Source of the DNA: a virus
Virus record (IMG/VR): IMGVR_UViG_3300036857_000619
Coordinates: 32,001 to 96,000 of that record
DNA length: 64,000 nucleotides
Reading direction: 5' to 3' (one strand)
Under the pieces are notes generated by a model that saw nothing but the letters and a program-made list of their open reading frames with translations, ran no database searches and was not told where the DNA came from. Below are positions 38,118 to 46,896 of this stretch, piece by piece (the first letter of the stretch is position 1; every line of letters starts with the position of its first letter). The translations under genes and the position numbers were made by a program.

Positions 38118-38301
38118 CCAGTTCCTCCTCGATCGCGAACAGCGCCTCACCCAGCTCGCACGGCTCGTTGCCCTCACGGCACGCCGCGCACCCCAGCAGG
38201 TGCTGATCCAGCACGCTCGGCCCGGCACAGTCGCAGCAGTCGTAGCAGCACGGCTCGGCCTCCAGATCGCGCGGATCGTGGCGGTGCTCGCTAGCCGCCA
38301 C
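38107..38301 (-). CDS. Cys-rich small protein (CCxDCCxC...CxxC...C)
   Basis: In-frame GTG 38301 overlapping the chaperone-T end; 8 Cys in 64 aa. Confidence 0.55.
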   Translation of the reverse strand: MAASEHRHDPRDLEAEPCCYDCCDCAGPSVLDQHLLGCAACREGNEPCELGEALFAIEEELDAG

Positions 38302-38704
38302 GCGGGCGCCGATCCTCCTCGAAGCCGGACGTGCGCGTCGGGTCACCCCAGAACTTGCCCCGCAGCCAGGTGAACAGCGCGCGGATCTCCCGTCGCGCGT
38401 CGCGCTGCGACGGATCGGTGCCCGTCTCGGGGCGCGTGCGCCAGCCACTGGCGCCCTCCGCGTCTTTGATCCACCTGTTCAGCTCCGCCTCGCGGTCCAT
38501 TTGCCAGCCCGCGTCGGAGACGGTCAGCACCCGCCGCTGATCGAGCATCTCCTGCGCGTGCAGCGCCCTGAGCGCATCCCACCACGCCCACCACTCCTTC
38601 AGGAGCATCCGCCCCTGCTCTTCGGGGCCTACTCCGTAGTAGCGGCAGAATCGGGCTCGGGCTCGGCCCCAATCGAACTCTGGATCGAGCCCATTTCCGG
38701 GGGG
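38291..38704 (-). CDS. Tail assembly chaperone T part (reached by -1 frameshift)
   Basis: Frame open from the slippery site to the stop; RFCRYYGVGPEEQGRMLLKEWW resembles gpT-type segments. Confidence 0.75.
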   Translation of the reverse strand, partial: PPGNGLDPEFDWGRARARFCRYYGVGPEEQGRMLLKEWWAWWDALRALHAQEMLDQRRVLTVSDAGWQMDREAELNRWIKDAEGASGWRTRPETGTDPSQRDARREIRALFTWLRGKFWGDPTRTSGFEEDRRPRGG

Positions 38705-39285
38705 TTCTGGGACTCGCCTCCGCCCTCACTACCTTCTTCGGCCTGGCCCTCGCCTTCGTCCTGGGCGTTCTCGGCCCGTGGCGGCCGCAGATAGCCCAGC
38801 TCGGTGATCACCATCACCCGCGCCTGCGGACTCAGCAGGTCCGCCTCGTGCTCCTCGAGTCCGGGAATCAGCGCGCACAGCGCCCGCGTCACGTAGCGCT
38901 GCCACTCCACCTCGCTCGAGCGCAGCTCGGGCTCCTCCTGGAGCTCGCGCACGACGGCGGCCAGCCCGCGCGCCGCGGAGACGATCGCCTCGGGCTCGTC
39001 GGACTGGTCCACGACATCCGCCAGCGTCTCCGCCGCGTCCCACAGCGTGCTGGGGATCGCGACGTTGGGATTGATCGGCTCGCGTGCGCTCAGCCAGCGA
39101 TTGCGGGCGTCGTCGAGCTCGGCCGCGACGCTGGACGGGTAGCGGCCATTGGTCGTGACCCAGGCGAACAGCGTCTTGCCGTTGATCTCGATCGGGCGGC
39201 GCTCCTCGACCGTGTCGCCGAGTTTGAGGACGTCGAACTGCTTGGCGTGGCCATTGGCACGCGCCAGGGTTGGAATGCCCTGCAT
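38629..39285 (-). CDS. Tail assembly chaperone G
   Basis: Between tail tube and tape measure; acidic C-terminus; frameshift partner downstream. Confidence 0.75.
   Translation of the reverse strand: MQGIPTLARANGHAKQFDVLKLGDTVEERRPIEINGKTLFAWVTTNGRYPSSVAAELDDARNRWLSAREPINPNVAIPSTLWDAAETLADVVDQSDEPEAIVSAARGLAAVVRELQEEPELRSSEVEWQRYVTRALCALIPGLEEHEADLLSPQARVMVITELGYLRPPRAENAQDEGEGQAEEGSEGGGESQNPPEMGSIQSSIGAEPEPDSAATTE
38698..38704 (-). other. -1 ribosomal frameshift heptamer C CCC CCG
   Basis: X XXY YYZ in the G frame (AAC CCC CCG); a -1 shift lands in the T frame. Confidence 0.6.
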
Positions 39286-39298
39286 GGCTGGAACCAGC

Positions 39299-39865
39299 TC
39301 AGGTCAGGTCGCGGAACCAGATGATCCGCGGTGGCGCGGCACTGGTGTCCGGCACGATGGCGTGGTTGAAGCTGATCTGGGCCGCGTCGTTGACGACGAA
39401 GTCGAGCGTCACGTCGCCAGTGGCAAAGCCCTTCCAGCCCACGACCCGGACGGGCTTGTTGTCGCCCGGATTCAGGATGTCGTAGCCGGTGGTGATGTAC
39501 TGGTCAATGATCGTGCCCGAGATCTGCAGCTCGTCATGACCTGCCACGGTGGTCGGCGTGCCCTGGCCCGTGCCTTCAGCCAGGTTGGCCATGTTGATCT
39601 GTGCCAGGCGGCACTCCATCGTGATGTCGCGCGAGGTCGGGATACGCAGCACCGGGTCGACTTGCTGATCGACCAGGATGTCCTGGCGTTGGACGGCCAG
39701 CCGCACGTGCAGCCCGCCACTGGTGAAGCCCTTGTCCACCCACGTGCCACCCCAGGTCTGGCCCCACGGGATCGCGTCAGCTGGGAACGCGTTGGACGGC
39801 TGCCATGGCTCGGTGTAGACAATCAGGTTCCTACCGGCCACTACCTGTGTTTGATCGCCCGGCAT
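39299..39865 (-). CDS. Major tail tube protein (siphovirus type)
   Basis: GFTSGG...DILVDQ..DPV...T........L......NL pattern; position. Confidence 0.8.
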   Translation of the reverse strand: MPGDQTQVVAGRNLIVYTEPWQPSNAFPADAIPWGQTWGGTWVDKGFTSGGLHVRLAVQRQDILVDQQVDPVLRIPTSRDITMECRLAQINMANLAEGTGQGTPTTVAGHDELQISGTIIDQYITTGYDILNPGDNKPVRVVGWKGFATGDVTLDFVVNDAAQISFNHAIVPDTSAAPPRIIWFRDLT

Positions 39866-40007
39866 CGCTGCATACCCCCTCGGCGGAGGAACGGCTCACA
39901 GCTCCGCGAGCTCGGTGCCCGAGGTGTGAGCGCTCTTCGGTTTGCAGCTCTTGGCGGGCAGCGTACGCAGTCCGCTGCCGCGAAGCGACCGGCAGGCCGG
40001 CAGTCGT

Positions 40008-40709
40008 TCAGGAGCTGGGCGGGATTTCCGTCGCCTCTGGATCCGCGGCGGGCTCCTCGGTTTCAGCCGGTGCGGGCTCGCCGAAGTCAGGCAGTGGCTC
40101 GAGGTCGGACTCGTCGGCGGCTGGCTCCTGATCAAGCGGCTCGGGCGGCTCGGGCGGTGGCTCGGGATCGGGGACAGCCACGGCCACCACGTCCTCGGGC
40201 TCACTGGTCACGGCCAGCTCGGCCGCTGCTGGCACGGCGACGGCCACCACGCCCTCGCCGGCGACCAGCGGCGGCGGCGGGTCGACGATGTTGGCGGTCA
40301 CCGCGCTGCCGCTGGTGGAGGTCGTCCAGGACTCCTGGGGCGCGGCGCCGTGCACGACCACCCCAGGCGCGAGCTCCGGCCCAGGCGCGGGTGGTGGTTC
40401 GGGTGCGACCCAGTTCGCCTGCGGGGCCGGGCCGTTCAGGATGACGCCCGGCGTGGAGCCCTCTGGCTCGCCGGTCCGCGTTGCCGTGTGCGGCACGCGA
40501 CGCTGGGTCATGGCCGCCGGCTCCATGTACGGCGTGCCATAGGGGTAGACGTTGGGGATCTCGAAGCTGTGGCCGAGCGGCACCATCACCTGCGCCTCGG
40601 GTTCGCTCATGCCAGGGATCAGGTCGCCCACGTTGTAGAAGACGCCGCTGCCCGGCGGATACTCGAGCTGGCTGACGCCCGGCGCTCCGAGCCAGTAGAC
40701 CGTGGCCAT
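40008..40709 (-). CDS. Hypothetical protein with Pro/Glu-rich disordered tail
   Basis: GGAGG SD; low-complexity PEPP/acidic C-terminal half. Confidence 0.65.
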   Translation of the reverse strand: MATVYWLGAPGVSQLEYPPGSGVFYNVGDLIPGMSEPEAQVMVPLGHSFEIPNVYPYGTPYMEPAAMTQRRVPHTATRTGEPEGSTPGVILNGPAPQANWVAPEPPPAPGPELAPGVVVHGAAPQESWTTSTSGSAVTANIVDPPPPLVAGEGVVAVAVPAAAELAVTSEPEDVVAVAVPDPEPPPEPPEPLDQEPAADESDLEPLPDFGEPAPAETEEPAADPEATEIPPSS

Positions 40710-40823
40710 TATCAGTGACCTCCTGTCAGGAACTGCGCGTCAGTGCGACATGACACGCGCGCTGTGCAATCTCGCCGCGCGGCGAATTTCCGAATGGTCC
40801 AACCAATACTGGTCATGTCAGCG

Positions 40824-41345
40824 TCACTGCAGGCGCACCGGCACCGGCGGCCGACGGCTGTTGATCTCCGCCATTAACTGCTCGGCGCGCGCCTTGCTGA
40901 TCGGCTCCAGGACGCCGATCGCGATGGCGATGATGTCCACGCCGGGCTCGTTCGGACGCAGCGCCTGGGCGGTCAGCGGGTGGCCGGCGGCCAGGTGCGG
41001 CGCCCAGTCCAGCAGGCGGTGGCGCAGCGTGCTGTCGCCGCGGACCTGCGCGTAGCCCCACAGCGCGCCCTCAAGCCCGCGGAATGGGCGGTACACGCCC
41101 ATATACGTCAGGTACTCGTGCAGCCCGTTGCAGTTGTGCAGCTCGGGCACCGAGCAGCGATAGCGCTCGCCGGTCATGCCGTCGCGATTGCGGACCAGGA
41201 AATACTGGCTGTCGCGCAGGCGGCGGTACGCGGTCAGGTGTTCGGGCAGCAGCAGGTCGGGCACGCGCAGATGGCTCAGCCCGCGCTCGCGCATGAACCG
41301 CGTCAGTTGCTCGGTGTCGAGCCAGTTTTCGCCCGCCTGGCTCAC
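40824..41345 (-). CDS. Hypothetical protein
   Basis: GTGA overlap with the terminator gene stop. Confidence 0.6.
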   Translation of the reverse strand: MSQAGENWLDTEQLTRFMRERGLSHLRVPDLLLPEHLTAYRRLRDSQYFLVRNRDGMTGERYRCSVPELHNCNGLHEYLTYMGVYRPFRGLEGALWGYAQVRGDSTLRHRLLDWAPHLAAGHPLTAQALRPNEPGVDIIAIAIGVLEPISKARAEQLMAEINSRRPPVPVRLQ

Positions 41346-41809
41346 GCGGCCACCGGTAGCCGCGCGTGCTGGACCAGGTAGCTCATCAACGCCCGGTCCC
41401 AGTCCGTGCCTGGCTCGGGCAGCGTGAGCGGCTCGCTGGTCTGGGGCAGGATGGTGTAGACGATCAGCCCCGCGGCGTGGAAACCCATCGGGGTGCCGCT
41501 GCTGGCCGGCGGGCACAGCGCCGGCTCGGCTGTCCGCCACAGCAGGCGCGCGGTGCGGCGCCGCACGTTCGGCGAGGGCCCCGAGCCGTAGAAGTGCAGG
41601 TCGACGCGGCCCCAGCGCCGCTCGTCGTAGGCCGACGGCGGCAGCCCGCCCACGGCGCGCACGATGATCGCGTACGTCGGCATCGGCCAGGCGCGGCGGC
41701 CCTCTGGGAACGCGGCCGAAATCCGATCGCCGCACAGCGCCACGACCTCGGGACTCGAGCGGAGGCGCTGGATGATCGCTGCCGGCAGGTCGCCGAGCAC
41801 GACCGCCAT
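41342..41809 (-). CDS. Tail terminator / tail completion protein
   Basis: I..RL....V.AL.G.RI...P.....P...I.V..VGG...RV....Y; position; TGATG overlap. Confidence 0.7.
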   Translation of the reverse strand: MAVVLGDLPAAIIQRLRSSPEVVALCGDRISAAFPEGRRAWPMPTYAIIVRAVGGLPPSAYDERRWGRVDLHFYGSGPSPNVRRRTARLLWRTAEPALCPPASSGTPMGFHAAGLIVYTILPQTSEPLTLPEPGTDWDRALMSYLVQHARLPVAA

Positions 41810-42267
41810 CAGTCGCTGCGGCCTTTCAGCTCCTGGGCCAGGTACGTGCGGATGCGCGGGGCGATGAAGTCCATCGTCTGGCGCAGCGGGAAGTGGCCCT
41901 CGTAGTTGCGCGTGCCGAACTCGTGGTAGATCGCCTCGGGCGCCTGCCCGAGATCCACGCTGCCGGTGAAGCGCACGCGATTGCGAGCGCTGCGCCGCAC
42001 GAGGAAGCGCCCGGCATCCCTTTCGTTGCCGGTCATGTACGGGTGCAGCTGCGGCTGCCAGACGACGTCCTCCCAATAGTTGCGCGCGTCGGCGGCGGCT
42101 CGCTGCATGGCACGCTCGGTCGCCTCGTTCATCGTCGCCAGGACCTTGTTGCCGTTCCACACGTAGCGGATCTGGGCGCCGCGAAAGAGGCTCGGCGTGG
42201 CGCGCCCGAACACGCTCTTGATGCCGCTGGGAACCGGACGGCGGCTGCGGAAGCGTCGGAAGGGCAT
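41809..42267 (-). CDS. HK97 gp10-like neck protein
   Basis: TG..R...A.YHEFGT....P.LR. Confidence 0.7.
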   Translation of the reverse strand: MPFRRFRSRRPVPSGIKSVFGRATPSLFRGAQIRYVWNGNKVLATMNEATERAMQRAAADARNYWEDVVWQPQLHPYMTGNERDAGRFLVRRSARNRVRFTGSVDLGQAPEAIYHEFGTRNYEGHFPLRQTMDFIAPRIRTYLAQELKGRSD

Positions 42268-42278
42268 GCGGTCTATCT

Positions 42279-42725
42279 CTATCCAGGCTCGTGCGGGGTG
42301 GTCGTCTCGCGCAGCAGCCAGCTCTGGTACACGCGTGGGCCGCCAGGCGCGATATCGGCGGGCTCTTCGGCCACGCCGCGCTTGACGTAGATGTGGCCCT
42401 CGCTGTCGCGCACGTCGTGCACCTCGTCACCGGCCTGCAGCGGATCGCCATAGGCGACGAACAGGATCGGTCGATCGACGAGCTCGGTGCCGTGGTCGGT
42501 GCGCACCAGGCGCGTGCTGGTCTGGTTGCCAGCCGCCTCGTACAGGCATGGCTGGTTCGGCACGGGCGTGCCGTAGGTCATCTCCGGCTGGTTGTAGTCG
42601 TCGAGCCCGTCAGGATCCTCCGGGACCTGGCCGCTGTCGAGGACGTCGACCACCGGCACGCGCGTGTAGCGATGACGCAGGTAGCGCGTGATGCGGTGAC
42701 GGGCGAAGGTGTTCCTGGGGAACAC
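42279..42725 (-). CDS. Head closure protein (by position)
   Basis: Precedes gp10-like gene; LQAGDEV..V.D motif; start uncertain (GTG 42725 or 42746). Confidence 0.55.
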   Translation of the reverse strand: MFPRNTFARHRITRYLRHRYTRVPVVDVLDSGQVPEDPDGLDDYNQPEMTYGTPVPNQPCLYEAAGNQTSTRLVRTDHGTELVDRPILFVAYGDPLQAGDEVHDVRDSEGHIYVKRGVAEEPADIAPGGPRVYQSWLLRETTTPHEPG

Positions 42726-42828
42726 CGGACGATTGTCCCGCCACACTTTCGGAAGCGCCAAGCTCCAGGCCGGCGTCCGCGTGTGGTCCCAGCGGCCGCG
42801 GCACCGGCAACTGCCGGTCGCACATGCC

Positions 42829-43236
42829 TCAGTAGGCTGTCTCGGGAACCTGTTCCCGGCGTCGGCCGTGCTCGCGGTGGACACGCTCGAGCTTGAGCGC
42901 GGCGACCACGCGCAGCATGGTCAGCAGCTCGTCCTGCTCCGCCGGCGGCAGCTGGGCCACGTAGCCATTCAGCTCGAGCAGCCGCTCTGGCCAGGCCGTC
43001 GCCTCGGGCAACTCGCCCTCGCCCTGCTCGCCGATCAGCACACTGACGCGACTGCCGAGCGCGACGGCGAGCGCCTGCAGCGTCTGAAGCGTCGGCGATC
43101 GCTCGTCGGCCTCGTAACTGGAGATGCTCGACTGGGGCTTGTCGATCAGCACGGCGAGCTCGCTCTGCTTGAGCCCACGCTGCTGGCGTAGATACTTGAG
43201 TCGCTGGCCGAACGTGCGCGGCCCGTTGGCGATCAT
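42829..43236 (-). CDS. XRE-family HTH repressor-like regulator
   Basis: FGQRLKYLRQQRGLKQSELA..I....SSISSYE...RSP.L.TL..LA.ALG.....LIG. Confidence 0.9.
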   Translation of the reverse strand: MIANGPRTFGQRLKYLRQQRGLKQSELAVLIDKPQSSISSYEADERSPTLQTLQALAVALGSRVSVLIGEQGEGELPEATAWPERLLELNGYVAQLPPAEQDELLTMLRVVAALKLERVHREHGRRREQVPETAY

Positions 43237-43240
43237 ACGA

Positions 43241-43259
43241 ATATCGTCCCAGACGATAT
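43241..43259. promoter_or_regulatory. Perfect inverted repeat ATATCGTC-CCA-GACGATAT, candidate operator
   Basis: 8-bp arms, 3-nt spacer, 4 nt upstream of the XRE ATG. Confidence 0.6.
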
Positions 43260-43586
43260 CACGTACTCAGATATTGCCTGTGGAACGCCTGGGCGAACGC
43301 CGTGGCGCCGCAGATGACAGCCGCGTGATGTGTCCGAGTTGTACTGAATATGCCTGCTCCTCGGGCTTTTGCGGGTGTCCCGAGAGTCGCTCCAGGGGAA
43401 CTATCTTCGGTTGTGCGGGATAGTGGGGGGCGATAAACTCCCCGGTCGCGACACCCTGGTGCGGCCCGTACCCGGACAAGGTCCAAGTCGCGGAGGGCGA
43501 CGCTGCCGGGCAGCGTTAGGAGCTACCCGACAGCGCCTTTTCGGGACGGGCGGGCCAACCCAGCGGTCTCAACTACAGACCCCTGT

Positions 43587-43598
43587 GAACGCCCGTTC
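43587..43598. promoter_or_regulatory. GAAC-N4-GTTC core (LexA-type)
   Basis: GAAC-GCCC-GTTC in non-coding DNA. Confidence 0.35.
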
Positions 43599-43712
43599 CG
43601 GAATCGAAGCCTATCAGTCTGCACACTAAGTGTGCGACTGAGAATGGTGCCGGAGTTCGCACCGTTTTCCTCACGAATCGACCACAGTCAGGTTTCGGGC
43701 GTCGTGAGTAAT

Positions 43713-43729
43713 AGAACAGAATTTCTGTT
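43713..43729. promoter_or_regulatory. Palindrome AACAGAA-T-TTCTGTT overlapping a one-mismatch AGAAC-N4-GTTCT site
   Basis: Seen in sequence; 11-nt partial copy AACAGAAATTC at 43781-43791. Confidence 0.4.
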
Positions 43730-43834
43730 TTTACTCTCATTTTCTGCCAAGGCGCTGCTCCTAAAGAGGCCGGCCTTCTTAACAGAAATTCCCTCCAAGA
43801 ACTCTTTGAAAAAACGGGGCTAAACCATGCCGGA

Positions 43835-43848
43835 AGAACGTATGTTCT
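43835..43848. promoter_or_regulatory. Perfect AGAAC-N4-GTTCT SOS-box-like site
   Basis: AGAAC-GTAT-GTTCT; core matches the Gram-positive/Chloroflexota LexA consensus. Confidence 0.55.
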
Positions 43849-44248
43849 AGCTGGAGCGCGTCACGTCGGCGCGGAAGGTGAGCGTCCCGGAGGCCACCGT
43901 CCACACCTCGCCCGTCGGTTCCCGCCACTGCACGTCGATCTGCACCGGCGAGTCCAGCGGCGGCAGCACGGCGCTCGCCGCGGGCGTGAGCTGCACCCTC
44001 AGCACGCCTGGGCTCGGGTTGGTGATCACGCCCTGGTCGCTGCCAAGCTGCGTCACCTGGAACAGCGCTTCCGTGTCGTCGACGGCGTTCCGCCACCACT
44101 TGCCGGTGCACCACCACTGGCCCTCGCTGAGATCGGCGAGCGCGCCCTGGCGCGCCACGGTGATCTCGAAGACGACCGTGTCGCCGCGAAAACACGCGTC
44201 GTCGATCTCGGCGATCTCGGGCGGCAGCGCGTAGCCGGATCCAGTCAT
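43847..44248 (-). CDS. BppU-N-like Ig-fold virion protein
   Basis: RGDT..F.I...DLS...K...G.L.V.L.PA.S..L...DVQ.....G.V.TV..G.L.F..DVT. Confidence 0.65.
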   Translation of the reverse strand: MTGSGYALPPEIAEIDDACFRGDTVVFEITVARQGALADLSEGQWWCTGKWWRNAVDDTEALFQVTQLGSDQGVITNPSPGVLRVQLTPAASAVLPPLDSPVQIDVQWREPTGEVWTVASGTLTFRADVTRSS

Positions 44249-44418
44249 CGGACCGGGATCTGCGAAACCGTCGTCGTCGGTCCCAATCGGCGGTAGGTCG
44301 AGACCGGCTGGCCCGCGGTTGGGCCAGGGCCTGGACCAGGTCCGACGCTCAGCTGCATCGGGCTGGCTGGCACGACCGCGCCGAGCTGTGTGAGCGGCGT
44401 GCCCAGGATGGACGTCAT
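44245..44418 (-). CDS. Small Pro/Gly-rich protein
   Basis: TGATG and ATGA overlaps. Confidence 0.5.
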   Translation of the reverse strand: MTSILGTPLTQLGAVVPASPMQLSVGPGPGPGPTAGQPVSTYRRLGPTTTVSQIPVR

Positions 44419-46892
44419 CAGCCGGTCTGCTCGACGAGGAGGTGGCGCAGCGTAGTGACGCCAGTCATCGTTCCACCACTCGTGTTCCATCGGCCGCGAA
44501 TGGTGTGTGACCCGGCTGCCACGTCGGTCCAGATGGCAAAGATGGTCGCGGCTGTACGGCCGTTGGTGGATGGCATGCGCGTGCTGATCTGACCCTTCTC
44601 GGCTGTTGCGTCCAACTGCAACGCGATATTCAGATCGTTGGACAGCGTTGAGTGGCTGAGCGTGATACTCAGCCACGCGACCAGGGTGCACGTCGCGGCG
44701 GGATTGACCGTGACGGTCATGTCCGGAATGTCGGCATAGGTCGCGGAGGTGGTCGATGGCCCTGATTGCACGCCTTCGGCAGAGCCGACGATGCGTACGC
44801 CAATCGACCCTTGCGGTCCTTGCAGTCCCTGCGGGCCGGCCGGACCCTGAATGCCCTGCGGCCCCTGCGCCCCGGCCGTCCCGGCCGCGCCCTGCGGTCC
44901 CGTGTCGCCTTTGGCACCCGCGATGCCTACATCCCCCTTCGGCCCCTGCGGTCCCTGGAGGCCATCCGCGCCGGCTGGGCCCTGTGCCCCCTGCGGCCCC
45001 TGCGCGCCGCTGGCGCCCACATCCCCCTTTGGGCCCTGCGCACCCGCCGGGCCGACGTCGCCTTGCGGACCTGGCGGACCCGCCGGACCCTGCGCGCCGA
45101 TCGGCCCCGCTGGACCCTGTGGCCCGGCCACACCCGTCGCCCCATCCACGCCCGGCGCACCGACCGGGCCACTCGCTCCGACCCCGCCCACCGGCCCCCG
45201 AATGTTGGTCGAGGTCTGATTCCAGCCCGACGGTCCCGTCTCCGGGTTGTCGAACGACCAGAGCTGACCGTCGTCCTGGACGTACATGTCGCCAGGTCGC
45301 CCCAGCGTGGGCAGTGGCGCGCCACTGCCCGTGTACCACTGCGGAACGGGCGAGCCCTCGGCCAGGATGCTCAGGATGGCGTCCGCGCCGCTGTTGGGCG
45401 AGGCCCCAAGCCCGTCGAGGACGCTGACGGTGTACTCGAAGTAGGTGCCCTGATCCACGGGCGGCTGCATCACTTCGTACTTGACCCAGCGCGTCGAGTC
45501 GGTCTTCTGCTGCAAGCGGATGTTGTCGCCGACCTCGACCGCGCGCAGCTCGGCGCTGAGATCGACGTTGCTCACGTTGTTGTCGTCGACCCAGAGCTTC
45601 GTCGCACTCAACCAGTCGACCGTGTCCGTGCGCACCTGCATGTTGTTGGGCGGAGTGGTGTTCTGGCTGTTCCAGGTCCACGTGCTGGTGTAGATCGCGT
45701 TCGCGTCGCCCGGTGGCCCCTGCTGGCCTTGCGGCCCGGCCGGGCCGGGGTCGCCCTGCGGCCCAGCGACACCGTCCGCTCCCGTCGGCCCCACCGCGCC
45801 TGGTGCACCGGGCGGTCCGATTGGGCCGGGGTCGCCTTGCGGTCCCTGTTGGCCAACTGGCCCCTGGAGCCCCGCGTCGCCCTTCGGTCCAGCCACGCCA
45901 GCAGCACCCTCTGGGCCAGCCGGGCCAACCGCTCCAGGCGGACCCTCTGGGCCGGCCGGACCTTCGGCGCCTTGCGGTCCAGCTGGGCCCTGCGGGCCGG
46001 GCGCGCCTGGCTGACCCGCCGACACGAACAGGTCCCAGTGGTTGGGATCGTCCTCCGGCTCGGCCGGCGCCGGCGCGGCAACGTCCATGATGCACACGTA
46101 GGCGCACCCGTTGTCGCAGGTCGCGATGTCGTTGACCGCATAGCTCGTGTTGGCGTCCCACAGCCCACGCCAGACGCGCTCTGGTCCGACCGGCCCCATC
46201 GGTCCGGGTGGGCCCTGAGCGCCCATGGGCCCTTGCGGGCCCGGCAGCCCCGTCGGTCCGGGCGTCGGCAGCGTGGGCTGGTAATCGGCCGGGATCGCGC
46301 CGACGACCAGGCTGACGTTGTCGAACGAGAAGTCGAACTGGCCCATGCCTGCCAGCACGACCGTGACGCCCACGGGCGGGCCGGCCGGGATCGAGCCCAG
46401 CAGCCGCACGATCTGCCAGTCATCGGTGCCATCGAGCGGCTGGGGCAGCGTGAAGCCGAACGCGCCGATGACGCCGACGACGGCCTGCACCTGCGCGCCG
46501 AGGGGTGCGCTGACCAGGAACGACAGCGACACGTCAGTGCCGTTCAGCGCGCACACCGACGGGTCGATCGTCTGCGCCAGCAGATTGGCCGCGGCGCTGG
46601 TGCCGTGCAACCTGGCAGCCGACGCCGAGCCGGCTGGCGCGGTCGAGGCTTCCTGTTCGACACTGGCGACCTCGCCGTTGGCGTTGGCCATCAGGAACCA
46701 GCCGGTGGCGGTCTCCTGGTCGCTCTGATCGAACGGGCCTGGGCCGAGCGGCCAGTCCTCGAAGCCGCCGTTCTGCAGCAGATTCGGCCGCGGCATGTCG
46801 AAGTTGACCGCCTCGTTGGAGACGCGTTGCACGGCTGCCGGCTGCGTGCCGGGCACCATGGGTGTCGCGCCGAACGCTTCGATGACCGTCAT
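44418..46892 (-). CDS. Multi-domain collagen-like fibre protein
   Basis: Long G-X-Y blocks; [11 protein letters not shown] (CBM-like); [14 protein letters not shown] (chitin-binding-like); WYTGSGAP...G.PGDMY; C-terminal beta domain. Confidence 0.85.
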   Translation of the reverse strand: MTVIEAFGATPMVPGTQPAAVQRVSNEAVNFDMPRPNLLQNGGFEDWPLGPGPFDQSDQETATGWFLMANANGEVASVEQEASTAPAGSASAARLHGTSAAANLLAQTIDPSVCALNGTDVSLSFLVSAPLGAQVQAVVGVIGAFGFTLPQPLDGTDDWQIVRLLGSIPAGPPVGVTVVLAGMGQFDFSFDNVSLVVGAIPADYQPTLPTPGPTGLPGPQGPMGAQGPPGPMGPVGPERVWRGLWDANTSYAVNDIATCDNGCAYVCIMDVAAPAPAEPEDDPNHWDLFVSAGQPGAPGPQGPAGPQGAEGPAGPEGPPGAVGPAGPEGAAGVAGPKGDAGLQGPVGQQGPQGDPGPIGPPGAPGAVGPTGADGVAGPQGDPGPAGPQGQQGPPGDANAIYTSTWTWNSQNTTPPNNMQVRTDTVDWLSATKLWVDDNNVSNVDLSAELRAVEVGDNIRLQQKTDSTRWVKYEVMQPPVDQGTYFEYTVSVLDGLGASPNSGADAILSILAEGSPVPQWYTGSGAPLPTLGRPGDMYVQDDGQLWSFDNPETGPSGWNQTSTNIRGPVGGVGASGPVGAPGVDGATGVAGPQGPAGPIGAQGPAGPPGPQGDVGPAGAQGPKGDVGASGAQGPQGAQGPAGADGLQGPQGPKGDVGIAGAKGDTGPQGAAGTAGAQGPQGIQGPAGPQGLQGPQGSIGVRIVGSAEGVQSGPSTTSATYADIPDMTVTVNPAATCTLVAWLSITLSHSTLSNDLNIALQLDATAEKGQISTRMPSTNGRTAATIFAIWTDVAAGSHTIRGRWNTSGGTMTGVTTLRHLLVEQTG

Positions 46893-46896
46893 GACG

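Noticed and set aside
31200-38294. Long plus-strand ORFs (31200-34793, 34950-38294) and similar ones such as 50947-53331 and 27818-29506
   Set aside because: Antisense shadows of real minus-strand genes in high-GC DNA; no motifs and no SD or overlap support.
43595-43615. tRNA T-loop-like GGCTTCGATTCC (minus strand); also GTTCGATTCC near 53380
   Set aside because: The flanks do not pair into a T-stem or cloverleaf; the second lies in the coding sequence of an acidic protein (EESNE).
43369-43823. Short ORFs in the 43.3-43.8 kb gap (43369-43629 +, 43632-43823 +, a 55-aa minus ORF from 43740)
   Set aside because: No SD, no overlap coupling, no recognisable motifs, and they overlap palindromic sites; treated as non-coding.
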